Positions 9,711-19,856 of a stretch of DNA of 48,440 nt are shown here, one piece after another. The translations under genes were made by a program, and so were the position numbers. The stretch lies in sequence record SRR22947725_384. One strand, given 5' to 3'. Position 1 is the stretch's first letter. Each line of letters begins with the position of its first letter. Under the pieces are notes generated by a model. The model did not search any database, was not told where the DNA came from, and worked only from the letters and a program-made list of their open reading frames with translations.

Positions 9711-11471
9711 TTATTCGTCTGCGAATGCAATGTCAGGCTGGTAAGAAAGTACCAACTTATATTGCTGGCCCGGACGCATAACTAGAGGGTGATCGCGTAC
9801 CAGGTATTGTACATAATGGATATTTCCAGCATACCCTCTGTAATCTGGATCATCAGTAAGTGTTTCAAAGGAACCCCATGTTGCATGAAAATCATCCACT
9901 TCCACATTCGCACGAAGCCCTTCTGCACCTTGCCGAAGAGTAGTTCCGAGACGGTAAGTTGAGTGAGGAGAACCTATAACGAGTGCAAGCCTCATTTTAT
10001 CCATGGTGACTTGATTTTTAACCTTGAATGAAAATTCGGACTGTACTCGGCCTTCACTAAAAGACCATTGTACCTGACAACTTCCGATGCCATAGGCAAA
10101 GGTTCCGTCTGTCTTAATGAGGTCGGGTTGGTCAAATCGAAGATAAAATGATTTCTTGAGTCCAATTCCAGTCACGCAATTCTTACCGTAATAGGAGGGG
10201 ATAATGACAGAGTCACCAAAAGTGAGTTCTGGCATCATGACAGGTAGGTATTTATTTACGGGCCAATCGAAAATGCCAGAGCAATGCGGGAAAGCCAAGT
10301 TGTCACTGGTCACATTTTCTCCTGGGCCTATCAATGGAAGCTGGTATTGAAGGCCGTTATTTTCATCTCTGAAAAGGAAGGCTCCGTGTTCTTTCTTGTG
10401 GGACTTATCGAAAATAACAAAACGTCCAGCCGTTTTGGAGCGGTTAGAGGGTGGCACTGCCAATGAGCCTCCAATCACTTTTGCCAACCGTGACCATTGG
10501 CAAAGATTTCGTGCGGCATCAAAGTTTGCCATCCTTGTGGTGTGATTAGGTACGGTGTTCCGCTCACTATCGCGTATAACAAGATCGCCTTTTTCTTGGT
10601 CTAAGTAAGTAACAAAGAAATATTGAAAAAGCCTGCGTAATGTATCTAAATAGAGAGGCATTTTTTCGGAACTAATCCACTGATCTCTCATGGATTGAAG
10701 GATCATACTGATCGAATGAATCTGCCCATAAGCACCCACCGACCGTCCATAGTTCCAACCTAATCCGTCTTGACGAACCATATCGGGAATCATTTTAAGA
10801 TACTTCTCGGCAAAAGTTCTGAGTTTAGGAAGTTTTCTGTCCTTCAGGTGAACATTAGCATGTAGTTGAAGTGCCTGGCGGATAAAAATAAAAGAGAGCA
10901 AGCCGTACACATCGTATACGCCACCAGTTCCTTTTGTATTGTCGTCAAAAAAACCACTGGAACTACTACCTTCAATTCGTTCAACAAATCGGTCAATTAC
11001 TTTACCGGTATCATCTTTTTTGGTAAGTCCAAAACTGAATCGAGCTACTGATTTAGCCACATTGAATGCTTGGTAATGATTCTCATGATCCGAGCGATCT
11101 AACAAGCATTGGTCTAATTGTTCTCTTGTTGGATCAAGCAAGCGTTCCCACACCGCATTTCTTTCTTTTGATGCCCCGAAGGAGAGAAGCCCAAGTGAAG
11201 CGTAGGCCATACCATTTTCATTGGCATCTTCATTGAAAGCCTGTTGAGTTACGCAACGTGCCGCTAAGTCATGAAGATCGAACTCACCAAGTTCCACCTC
11301 GCCAGTTGCACGGAAGAACTCTCCAATGGCAAGAGCGGCGTGCCCAGGTTCATCTACCCGAGGTTCTTCGCCGGCTGCTGGTGTGACAGTACCGTCTTCG
11401 TTGATGTGCTGAAGGTTGTTGCCCAGAAGAGAACGGGCTAAATCCAAGCATTGATCGGAAAAATTGTGCAT
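9711..11471 (-). CDS. Hypothetical cytoplasmic protein (586 aa), helical N-terminal half and beta-rich C-terminal half
   Basis: Long ORF co-oriented with rho and hisF; no signal peptide; no family recognised with confidence. Confidence 0.75.
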   Translation of the reverse strand: MHNFSDQCLDLARSLLGNNLQHINEDGTVTPAAGEEPRVDEPGHAALAIGEFFRATGEVELGEFDLHDLAARCVTQQAFNEDANENGMAYASLGLLSFGASKERNAVWERLLDPTREQLDQCLLDRSDHENHYQAFNVAKSVARFSFGLTKKDDTGKVIDRFVERIEGSSSSGFFDDNTKGTGGVYDVYGLLSFIFIRQALQLHANVHLKDRKLPKLRTFAEKYLKMIPDMVRQDGLGWNYGRSVGAYGQIHSISMILQSMRDQWISSEKMPLYLDTLRRLFQYFFVTYLDQEKGDLVIRDSERNTVPNHTTRMANFDAARNLCQWSRLAKVIGGSLAVPPSNRSKTAGRFVIFDKSHKKEHGAFLFRDENNGLQYQLPLIGPGENVTSDNLAFPHCSGIFDWPVNKYLPVMMPELTFGDSVIIPSYYGKNCVTGIGLKKSFYLRFDQPDLIKTDGTFAYGIGSCQVQWSFSEGRVQSEFSFKVKNQVTMDKMRLALVIGSPHSTYRLGTTLRQGAEGLRANVEVDDFHATWGSFETLTDDPDYRGYAGNIHYVQYLVRDHPLVMRPGQQYKLVLSYQPDIAFADE

Positions 11472-11538
11472 AAGGGGGCTTGAAAGGTAAAAAGAAGAAA
11501 GTCAAAAATTGTCGAAAAAATGGGGTTTTGTCAACGAG

Positions 11539-12675
11539 TTAAGGGGTTTGAATTAGGTCTAAAAATTCTTTGTTCGATTTTGTGGTGGTCATTCGATCGA
11601 GGAGGCTCTCTGCTGCGTCAATAATTTTCATTGGTGACATGGCACGACGAAGAAAAGATGTTTTTTCCAAAACCTTAGGATCGACTAACTCTTCCTCCTT
11701 GCGCGTACCCGAGGAAGCGAGGTTAATTGCTGGCCATAATCGAAGTTCTGCCACTTTTCGATCGAGTATAATTTCACAGTTTCCGGTCCCTTTAAATTCT
11801 TGAAAAATTAGTTCGTCCATTTTGGAACCCGTTTCAACTAATGCAGTTGCAATTATAGTAAGGGAACCGGCTTCTTCAGAATTTCTTGCTGCGGAGAAAA
11901 TCTGACGAGGCTTTTCGAGTGCACGAACATCCAATCCTCCTGTCATTGTTCTGCCACTTTTACCAGATGCGGCGTTGTAAGCCCGGGAAAGTCGGGTAAT
12001 TGAATCCAAGAGTAAGACAACATCCTTTTTACTCTCCACTAATCTTTTGGCACGCTCAATTGCGAGTTCTGCGATCCGAAGATGGCTTTTTACTTCTTCA
12101 TCATTGGAGGAAGCGTACATCTCCGCTGGTACAGATCGGGAGAAGTCGGTGACCTCTTCGGGTCTTTCGTCTATTAGTAAAACCATTAAGTGACATTCGG
12201 GATGATTTTCCACCACTCCTTTTGCAATGTCGTGAAGTATGGTGGTTTTTCCGGCACGGGGTGGTGCTACAATCAGACTGCGCTGACCCTTGCCAATCGG
12301 GCAAAACAGGTCGATAACACGAGTGGTCATTGTTCCATCTTTAGTTTCTAAATTGATCTTTTCTTTTGGTTGGATCGTGGTGAGTTGATCGAAGCGAAAC
12401 TGTTGCTTTCGGTCATTTAGACTCATGCCGTCCACCTTATGAATGAAACGTACTTTAGGGTTCGGGCGATTTTTATCCGGGATTGAATCGGCGGTTATGA
12501 TTGAGCCCTTTTTTAATTTGAAACGTCGAATTAATTCTTTTGAAACAAAGGGATCCGTGGGAGTTGTTTTCCCACCTCTTTTAGGATCAAGAAGAACTCC
12601 AGTTTTATTTTCGTTTAGTTCAAGAATACCTTCCACTTCAAGGTAATTTTGACTAGTCTGTTCGTTTTCACTCAT
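11539..12675 (-). CDS. rho: Transcription termination factor Rho (short form, 378 aa)
   Basis: 'PIGKGQRSLIVAPPRAGKTT' Walker A, 'LLIDERPEEVTD', 'LLDSITRL', 'EFKGTGNCE', 'SGTRKEE'. Confidence 0.96.
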   Translation of the reverse strand: MSENEQTSQNYLEVEGILELNENKTGVLLDPKRGGKTTPTDPFVSKELIRRFKLKKGSIITADSIPDKNRPNPKVRFIHKVDGMSLNDRKQQFRFDQLTTIQPKEKINLETKDGTMTTRVIDLFCPIGKGQRSLIVAPPRAGKTTILHDIAKGVVENHPECHLMVLLIDERPEEVTDFSRSVPAEMYASSNDEEVKSHLRIAELAIERAKRLVESKKDVVLLLDSITRLSRAYNAASGKSGRTMTGGLDVRALEKPRQIFSAARNSEEAGSLTIIATALVETGSKMDELIFQEFKGTGNCEIILDRKVAELRLWPAINLASSGTRKEEELVDPKVLEKTSFLRRAMSPMKIIDAAESLLDRMTTTKSNKEFLDLIQTP

Positions 12676-12803
12676 TTAAAATGATACAATTTTGAGGCAA
12701 TGATTGCCTTAAGGAAATCCGAAAAATCGGAAAGGATTAAAAAACCAAATAAGAAATTCTTTGCGTAGGGATAGAAACCAAAGGAATTTTTATTTAAGTA
12801 ATA

Positions 12804-12832
12804 ATTACATAATTTCCTAATCTGTAAGTCAA
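12804..12832 (-). promoter_or_regulatory. Putative sigma-70 promoter of rho
   Basis: Minus strand TTGACT-N17-TGTAAT about 130 nt upstream of the rho ATG. Confidence 0.35.
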
Positions 12833-12901
12833 CCATGTAAAAATTGAAATCACAATATGGGTTTGTCCTTCTTCTTTTATCGTTTAATAAATGATCGTTA
12901 C

Positions 12902-14428
12902 ATGAATAAAACCTTTTATCTAACTACTGCCATTGATTACGCGAACGGTTCTCCGCACCTTGGACATGCGTATGAAAAAATTTTGGCGGACGTAATTATT
13001 CGAACTAAACAGTTAAATGGAGTGCGAACCCATTTTGTAACTGGACTGGATGAACATGGGCAAAAAGTACAACAAGGCGCGGAGAGCGAGGGAATTTCTC
13101 CACAGGAAAGATGTGATCGAATTGCGGGGGAATTTAAAAATTTACTCGTTCAGTTAGATATCTCACATAATGACTATATTCGAACAACGGAGTCGCGTCA
13201 CAAAAAAGTAGTTTCTAGCTTATTACAGGATTTATTCGATCGGGGAGAAATTTATCAGGCGGAGTATCAGGGCTTTTATTCAACCCGTGCAGAACAATTT
13301 CTTCAGGAAAAAGATAAGGTGGATGGAAAATGGCCTGAAATTTATGGAGAGGTCACAGAAATTACTGAAAGTAATTACTTTTTCAAGCTGAGTAAATACC
13401 AAGATTGGTTGGTTGAGTATTTGAATAATAATGAGAGCTTCATAGTACCCAATTTTCGGCGTAGTCAAGTGCAGGAGTTTTTAAAAGAGCCCTTAAATGA
13501 TCTATGTATTTCAAGGCCGAAAGAAAGGTTATCTTGGGGCATTCCTCTCCCTTTTGATGAAAATTATGTAACCTATGTTTGGTTCGATGCTTTAGTGAAT
13601 TATGTAACTGCCGCAGGGTACGGGGAGGAAGGGTTTGCCAATTTATGGCCCGCTGATTTGCATGTTATCGGAAAAGATATTTTAGCACCTCCCCATGCGG
13701 TTTACTGGCCAATTATGCTGAAGGCATCAAACTTACCTTTGCCAAAGCAAATACTGGCTCATGGGTGGTGGATGAGTTCAGGCGAAAAAATGTCGAAGAG
13801 TACTGGAGAAGTTGTTGATCCATTAAGCTTAGTAGAGAAACGCGGCGTGGATGCTTTTCGTTATTTTGTGATGAGGGAAATGACTGTGGGGCAGGATGCC
13901 GACTTTTCATTGGAACGCTTCGAATCACGCTACAAAACTGATTTGGGGAATGACTTGGGGAATTTACTTAGTCGTTTATTTCACATGATCACCACTTACG
14001 AAAACAGCAAGGTTCCCCGGGTTATTCTTAATGAAGAATTTGAGCAAAAGCTCAGGCTCAGCTTTGAGACTGCTAAACAAAATGCAATGGAACATTTTGA
14101 TAGGTTCCAATTTAATCAAGGATTGGAGCAGATTTTTGTATTTATTCGTTCCATTAATAAGTACGCAGACGAAAGAACCCCATGGAAGCTGGCGAAGTCA
14201 GATTTAAAAGAAGACCAAGAGAAACTAAAAACTTGCTTAGGAGAAATGGTAGAATCTCTTCGATTAGCGATTCAGATGCTCGCCCCTGTTATGCCAGGTG
14301 TGCATAAAAAAGTGAATGAATTATTAGGCTTACCCGAGTGTGAAAATTGGGAAACAGATTTACACTGGGATTACAGACTGGAAGGACAGTCTTTAGGAGA
14401 AAAAACGATTTTATTTCCTCGAGATTAA
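12902..14428 (+). CDS. metG: Methionine--tRNA ligase (short form, no C-terminal tRNA-binding domain)
   Basis: 'YLTTAIDYANGSPHLGH', 'GLDEHGQK', 'YVWFDAL', 'KMSKS', 'NDLGNL'. ATG 12902 preferred over 12857. Confidence 0.97.
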   Translation: MNKTFYLTTAIDYANGSPHLGHAYEKILADVIIRTKQLNGVRTHFVTGLDEHGQKVQQGAESEGISPQERCDRIAGEFKNLLVQLDISHNDYIRTTESRHKKVVSSLLQDLFDRGEIYQAEYQGFYSTRAEQFLQEKDKVDGKWPEIYGEVTEITESNYFFKLSKYQDWLVEYLNNNESFIVPNFRRSQVQEFLKEPLNDLCISRPKERLSWGIPLPFDENYVTYVWFDALVNYVTAAGYGEEGFANLWPADLHVIGKDILAPPHAVYWPIMLKASNLPLPKQILAHGWWMSSGEKMSKSTGEVVDPLSLVEKRGVDAFRYFVMREMTVGQDADFSLERFESRYKTDLGNDLGNLLSRLFHMITTYENSKVPRVILNEEFEQKLRLSFETAKQNAMEHFDRFQFNQGLEQIFVFIRSINKYADERTPWKLAKSDLKEDQEKLKTCLGEMVESLRLAIQMLAPVMPGVHKKVNELLGLPECENWETDLHWDYRLEGQSLGEKTILFPRD

Positions 14429-15723
14429 TTTTCTTTTTCTGCGGTGAGGAGAGTTACCTCTGTAAGTAAAACCCTAGTCTCATCTGCTTCGAGAATTTTA
14501 ATGTGCATATTGTAAAGGGTTAGGCTTTCCCCCACTTCCGGAATTCTCCCCAATTCTTTGGTAATTAGTCCGCCAAAGCTGGATAGTTCCTCTTCCTCCA
14601 CAACAGCTAATTCTTTGGGTAGTTCATGCACCGGACTTAATCCAGAAACTTTCCATTTTCCATTACCGGATGACTGAACTGTATTCTCTTCGGCATCAAA
14701 TTCATCTTGAATTTCCCCCACCACTTCCTCGAGGATATCCTCAAGAGTTATCACTCCATCAATTCCGCCAAATTCATCTCTTACCAGGGCCATGTGAACT
14801 TTCCAGCGCATCATTTTTCGTAGTGCTACGGGGAGTGGATCCTCGGTAGAAAGTATTGCGGGAGACTTACTTAAAGATCGTAAATCGATTGGCTTGCCTT
14901 CGCTTAAGATTCGAAATGCATACTTAACATGGATAATACCGATGCATTGGTCTAAATCACCTTCACAGATTGGCAATCTTGTGTGACCACAATCTCGTGC
15001 AATTTGCAGGTTTTCTTCGATCGAGTCCTGGCAGTCTAATACCTGCACTTGATTCCGAGGAACGAGGACATCACGAACGTGCAAATGTCCCATTTCTAAA
15101 GTGTTTCCCACGATTTCAAAAATCTCGGGATCAAGGGTGGAACTTTCTCTGCTTAAGGTTCGAATATGATCGGCCAGTTCACTCTTTTCATCCTTCACGA
15201 CAATTTGAGGATCGGACCATGATTTCATGACTTTCTCAATTTGTTTGAGTAAAAAGCTGAGAGGAAAACAAAGCAGTTTGATCAGAATCATAAAAGGCTT
15301 TCCCAGCTTTAAATGCAAAGATATGAACGCACTTGCTGCAATTGAATGGGAGGCAATGCCGGTCCACGCTCTTTCCCAAATAAATGCCAATCCAACTGAA
15401 ATTAAAAAGTAAAAACCGAGCCTGATCGAAAAAGTATCCTCGCCGTGTCTTAAAAAAGAATAAAATGCAATCGTACCTAAAATTACTTGAAGGGCAGAGA
15501 GTAGGGCGGCTTCTATGTGGAAGGGTCTTTCGTGATTGGGAGCGGCGAGGAGAGAACTTAATAGTTTATTAGAATTTTTATTGTCGGGAACTGGGGAAAT
15601 TCCAGCACGCACACGATCAATTAGTGCACGGTAGGTATTTACATTAAGTCCCCACAAGCTCAAAAGAAACCATGCGAAGAGAATAAAAAAGCGAAAATCG
15701 TACAGAAAAAGAGCTTCGTTCAT
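14425..15723 (-). CDS. Hemolysin/CorC-family membrane protein (TM region, CBS pair, CorC_HlyC domain)
   Basis: 'VRDVLVPR', 'GHTRLP', 'DEFGGIDGVITLEDILEEVVGEIQDEFD'; hydrophobic N-terminus. Confidence 0.9.
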   Translation of the reverse strand: MNEALFLYDFRFFILFAWFLLSLWGLNVNTYRALIDRVRAGISPVPDNKNSNKLLSSLLAAPNHERPFHIEAALLSALQVILGTIAFYSFLRHGEDTFSIRLGFYFLISVGLAFIWERAWTGIASHSIAASAFISLHLKLGKPFMILIKLLCFPLSFLLKQIEKVMKSWSDPQIVVKDEKSELADHIRTLSRESSTLDPEIFEIVGNTLEMGHLHVRDVLVPRNQVQVLDCQDSIEENLQIARDCGHTRLPICEGDLDQCIGIIHVKYAFRILSEGKPIDLRSLSKSPAILSTEDPLPVALRKMMRWKVHMALVRDEFGGIDGVITLEDILEEVVGEIQDEFDAEENTVQSSGNGKWKVSGLSPVHELPKELAVVEEEELSSFGGLITKELGRIPEVGESLTLYNMHIKILEADETRVLLTEVTLLTAEKEN

Positions 15724-15737
15724 TATCTAGCCTTAAC

Positions 15738-16826
15738 CTAATTAAGCACTTGCTTTAAGGCAGTTAGGGCTTTTCTGTTCTCCTCTTCCGTCCCAATGGA
15801 TATGCGGACAAATGAATTTAAACTTTCAGGCATTGGTCTTGTTATAATACCTTTTTCTTGTAGTGACTCAAAGGTGGCCTGTCCATCCCCAACCTTGACC
15901 AATAAAAAGTTAGCTTTACTGGGAACATATTCTAAATGCAAATTTTCCAAACCAGATGCCATTTGTTCGAGCCCGTCTGTGTTACGTTTTCGGCACTGAG
16001 TGACCCAATCTTTATCTTCAATTGCGGCGATTGCAGAAGCTTGCGCGATTGCGTTTACATTAAATGGCTGCCTTGCTTTTTGCAAAAGTTTTACCAATGT
16101 TTCACTTCCGTATCCATAGCCAATTCGAAGGCCCGCTAATCCATGAATTTTTGAAAAAGTGCGCATCGCCAAAATTTTCCTTCCTTCCTCTATCAATGGC
16201 CTTAGGTCAGGTGGATCCTCTAAATATTCTGTGTAGGCTTCGTCCAGGCAAAAGATTACATGATCGGGAAGAGATTGAATAAAAGCAAAAATTTCTTCGG
16301 ATGAATTCGCGGTACCTGTAGGGTTGTTTGGGCTGGGAAGAAATATTAGCTTGGTCTTGTCGGTAATAGCTTGTCGCATTTCATTGAGGTCGTGCACAAG
16401 GTTGGGCATGGCTATGGGAACCGGTTTCGCACCCATTAGTAATGCCATTAATTTATATACCACAAATGCGTGTTCTCCGACAATTACCTCGTCTCCCTCT
16501 TCCAGAAAAACATGACCCAGTAATTCGATAATTTCATTGGAACCATTGCCCAAAATAACTTGCTCGGCCTGGAGTCCGAGATTCCTCGAAATCGCACTTC
16601 TCAATTCTGTACCACTACCTTCTGGGTAAAGGTGAATGTGGTTTAGCGCTTCTTTTCCAGCAGCGATCGCGTGTGGAGATGCTCCCCAGGGATTTTCATT
16701 GGAGGCAAGTTTGCAAATATCCTTTGGGTTTAACTTATACTCGCGTGCTACTTCCTCAATAGGCTTGCCGGGTTGATAAACGGGTTGTTCCAGAATGCGA
16801 GGATTCGCAAGTTGGGGTAAATTCAT
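15738..16826 (-). CDS. hisC: Histidinol-phosphate aminotransferase
   Basis: 'YQPGKP', 'KLASNENP', 'GNGSNE', 'PNNPTG', 'DEAY', 'RTFSKIHGLAGLRIGY'. ATG 16826 preferred. Confidence 0.96.
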   Translation of the reverse strand: MNLPQLANPRILEQPVYQPGKPIEEVAREYKLNPKDICKLASNENPWGASPHAIAAGKEALNHIHLYPEGSGTELRSAISRNLGLQAEQVILGNGSNEIIELLGHVFLEEGDEVIVGEHAFVVYKLMALLMGAKPVPIAMPNLVHDLNEMRQAITDKTKLIFLPSPNNPTGTANSSEEIFAFIQSLPDHVIFCLDEAYTEYLEDPPDLRPLIEEGRKILAMRTFSKIHGLAGLRIGYGYGSETLVKLLQKARQPFNVNAIAQASAIAAIEDKDWVTQCRKRNTDGLEQMASGLENLHLEYVPSKANFLLVKVGDGQATFESLQEKGIITRPMPESLNSFVRISIGTEEENRKALTALKQVLN

Positions 16827-16921
16827 AGAATAAATCCTATTCAAACGAATCGATGGACTCAAGTAAAAGGAACGATAAACCTGTAGTTGTTTAAAGCCAA
16901 ATTTTCTTGTACTCTAGTTCT

Positions 16922-17872
16922 GTGAAAATTGCTGTTTTAGGGGCATCGGGTTTATTGGGATCTGCGGTTTGCAGGTCTGTAATTCATCGTGGATACTCTC
17001 TTTTGGCATATTCAAATCGTGAAACTATTTCCTTTTCAGATCAATACCACAGTAAGCAACTGCCATTTTCTGATGATAATCAACTCACCCGAGAGTTTTT
17101 TGATCAATGGCCGGATGCGGTGGTTAATTGTGCGGCGATTTCTTCGCCCGACACTGTCGATCAATCTCCTGAGTTGGCCCATTTAGTTAATGTAGAGGGT
17201 GCCTCCCGGCTTGCGAGTATCTCTGCCCATATTGGAGCCCGTTTCATTCATATTTCAACCGATATGGTTTTTGATGGTTCAACATCACCCTATCGTTCAA
17301 CAGATATGCCTAACCCGCTTAGTGAATATGGTAGACAAAAACTTGAGTCAGAAAAACGGGTTTTATCGGTAACCGATGAAAATTTAGCGGTATTACGAAT
17401 TACTTTACTCAATGGAAATAGTCCATTAGGCAGAAGAAGTCAGCATGAGAAAATTCTTCGCGCCCTGATGTCGGGTAAAAAATTAACCCTTTTCGACGAT
17501 GAAATCCGACAACCATGTTCTGTAGAAAATCTTTCTGATGTAATAGTCGAACTTATCGAGAGACCAAACTTGAATGGTCTTTTTCATTGGGCAGGAAATG
17601 AAGAAATATCTCGTTATGAATTGGGGATTCGAATATTAAAACGATTTGGAATAAATCCCGAAAATATTATTCGGGGAAGTATAAAAAATCCCGAAAATCA
17701 AGGGCATCGCCCACAGCAATTGTCCTTTATTTTGGAACCCCTGGTATCCAAGGTTCGAAGCGTGCCCTTATCAATTGAGGAACAATTAAAAGAACTTCAA
17801 ATCCCAAAGGATATGTATACATGGTATCGAAAATTTGCAGATAGTCCTAATTGTTACATTCCCCGATTTTAG
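16922..17872 (+). CDS. SDR oxidoreductase, RmlD (dTDP-4-dehydrorhamnose reductase)-like
   Basis: 'GASGLLG', 'NCAA', 'HISTDMVFDG', 'YGRQK' (YxxxK). GTG 16922 preferred. Confidence 0.85.
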   Translation: MKIAVLGASGLLGSAVCRSVIHRGYSLLAYSNRETISFSDQYHSKQLPFSDDNQLTREFFDQWPDAVVNCAAISSPDTVDQSPELAHLVNVEGASRLASISAHIGARFIHISTDMVFDGSTSPYRSTDMPNPLSEYGRQKLESEKRVLSVTDENLAVLRITLLNGNSPLGRRSQHEKILRALMSGKKLTLFDDEIRQPCSVENLSDVIVELIERPNLNGLFHWAGNEEISRYELGIRILKRFGINPENIIRGSIKNPENQGHRPQQLSFILEPLVSKVRSVPLSIEEQLKELQIPKDMYTWYRKFADSPNCYIPRF

Positions 17873-17877
17873 TTTTT

Positions 17878-18591
17878 ATGTCTCTTATTATTTACCCATA
17901 CATAGAAGAATCTGGCCCTGAAAATATGGCAAGTGACTTCTATTTATTTCAGCAAACTATTCAAAGTGATCCAATCTTTAGACATTATGGGTGGCATCAA
18001 AATGAAGTCACTTTTGGGTATGGTCAAAAGTGGACATGGGTAAGTAAACAGGAAGTAATTAAGTCCAGGGAAATTACCAGAAGACCGACCGGCGGGGGAA
18101 TTGTATCCCATGGTAATGATTGGACATACATGTTTATTCTGCCACAGGGTCACATGTCTTTTTCAATTCCCGCACTTGACCTGTATGAAACGATTCATAG
18201 TTCTATTGGCGAGGTGTTACTCAATTTAGGACATGAGACTAGCTTGAAGCCTTGCCCGCAAACTGGTGAGAAAAAAGCAGGCATACCGGGGAATTGTTTT
18301 CTAGAACCAGTCGGACGTGACCTGATGTCAAAAAACGGAAACAAAAAACTTGCCGGTGCCGCGATGAAAAGAACCAAAAAGGGAATTTTGATACAAGGCA
18401 CAATTGATCTTTCAGGATTTCTGAATTTGGACTTAAAACAATTTGGAACCTCGTTTATTAACGAAATGGAAGACCTTGTTTGTGAAGGTGTAAAAGAGAC
18501 GGAGTGGCCTGACAGTTTTATAACAGGACGAAGTCCATATGTGGAACAATTCTCCTCTATTTCGTGGAGAGAACAAAGAAAATATCCTTAA
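17878..18591 (+). CDS. Lipoate--protein ligase A / octanoyltransferase family protein
   Basis: 'ENMASD', 'RRPTGGGIVSH', 'CF', 'KKLAGAAM', 'IQGTI'. Confidence 0.85.
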   Translation: MSLIIYPYIEESGPENMASDFYLFQQTIQSDPIFRHYGWHQNEVTFGYGQKWTWVSKQEVIKSREITRRPTGGGIVSHGNDWTYMFILPQGHMSFSIPALDLYETIHSSIGEVLLNLGHETSLKPCPQTGEKKAGIPGNCFLEPVGRDLMSKNGNKKLAGAAMKRTKKGILIQGTIDLSGFLNLDLKQFGTSFINEMEDLVCEGVKETEWPDSFITGRSPYVEQFSSISWREQRKYP

Positions 18592-19799
18592 CGGATAAAG
18601 GTAACAATATTTTCTACATGCCTGGTTTGTGGAAAAAGGTCAAATGGTTGAACATCGGTAATGTTGTATCCACCCTCTACTAATATTTTAGCATCCCGAG
18701 CTTGCGTAGCCGGATCGCAAGAAACATAAATTATTTTCTTTGGTTTGAATGCGAGTGTTTGTTGCAAGAAATCTTCGTCACATCCCCTCCTCGGGGGATC
18801 AATCACCAAGGAAAAATCTTCATCATGGCTTTCTAATTCATCAAAAATTGTGGATGCAGTACCGAGGAAAAAGTCTGCATTTTCAATTCGATTAATTGAC
18901 GCGTTTGCTCGTGCCCATTCAAAACCTTCACGGCTTATTTCGATTCCGATTACTTTTTCAAAATGCTTTGCCGCTGAGAGACTGAACAGACCACCCCCAC
19001 AATATGCATCTACTAATAGACTGGAACTACCGACCTTTGCCTGTCCGACAACATAGTCAACAAGTGTGGGCAGGATAAACGGATTATTTTGAAAAAATTC
19101 TCCTGCCTTAAATTGAAAAATGAGGTCTCCCACTTTTTCGGTCACTACTTCTTTCGGGTTTGTGACCACCCCTTCCAGCGTGTCTCGAAGTAAGAGGGTT
19201 CCCCCTTTATTCTTTTTTGTGTGAAGGGGTAGTTCTTCGCGGGCACGCGGGAGTTCCTGGTTAATCTTATCGGTGGCAATGGGGCATTGGGGGACATCGA
19301 TAATTACTTTTCGCGAACCATATCTTAGAAAACCAATCTTTCTAGGATCGGATGATCTTGCTTTTTCATAATGGGGGGTAAGCTTTGAGCGATAACCATA
19401 TTGCTTAGGGGAAGGGATGACTGGAAGCACTTCAATTTGTAATCCACTGATTCGTTCAAAATTATCAATTACCTGATTCCTTTTCCATTCAAGTTGGGTT
19501 GAATATTGAACCGATTGATATTGGCAACCACCACAGGATCCAAAAAGCGTGCATTGTGGATCCACTCGATCGGGAGACTTTTCAATTACTTGAATACAAT
19601 CTGCTTCTGAATAATTCTTATGATTCCGAAAAATTCGAACTTTTACCCGTTCACCGGGTAAAACAAATGCGATTTGAACTACCCATCCATTGTCTCTTGC
19701 AATGCCAAAACCCAGGTTGGTTACATTTTCCACATCAAGAGTTAACTCATGATGATAAGGGTAGGGGTGTTCGTTAAAACCTTTTGGTGGTGTATTCAT
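18588..19799 (-). CDS. RNA m5U methyltransferase, RlmD/TrmA family with TRAM domain
   Basis: 'CTLFGSCGGCQYQ' Fe-S motif, 'FFQNN', 'DAYCGGGLF', 'DPPRRG', 'YVSCDPATQARD', 'DLFPQTRHVE'. Confidence 0.93.
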   Translation of the reverse strand: MNTPPKGFNEHPYPYHHELTLDVENVTNLGFGIARDNGWVVQIAFVLPGERVKVRIFRNHKNYSEADCIQVIEKSPDRVDPQCTLFGSCGGCQYQSVQYSTQLEWKRNQVIDNFERISGLQIEVLPVIPSPKQYGYRSKLTPHYEKARSSDPRKIGFLRYGSRKVIIDVPQCPIATDKINQELPRAREELPLHTKKNKGGTLLLRDTLEGVVTNPKEVVTEKVGDLIFQFKAGEFFQNNPFILPTLVDYVVGQAKVGSSSLLVDAYCGGGLFSLSAAKHFEKVIGIEISREGFEWARANASINRIENADFFLGTASTIFDELESHDEDFSLVIDPPRRGCDEDFLQQTLAFKPKKIIYVSCDPATQARDAKILVEGGYNITDVQPFDLFPQTRHVENIVTFIR

Positions 19800-19856
19800 G
19801 TCATGAAGTTTCGTAACGGGCTCGCCCTCTTCATGCAAAACCCTTTTTTTAAAGTG

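Noticed and set aside
19749-19838. Apparent head-to-head overlap of the two RNA methyltransferase ORFs
   Set aside because: Artefact of longest-ORF starts; starts at 19799 (-) and 19857 (+) remove it.
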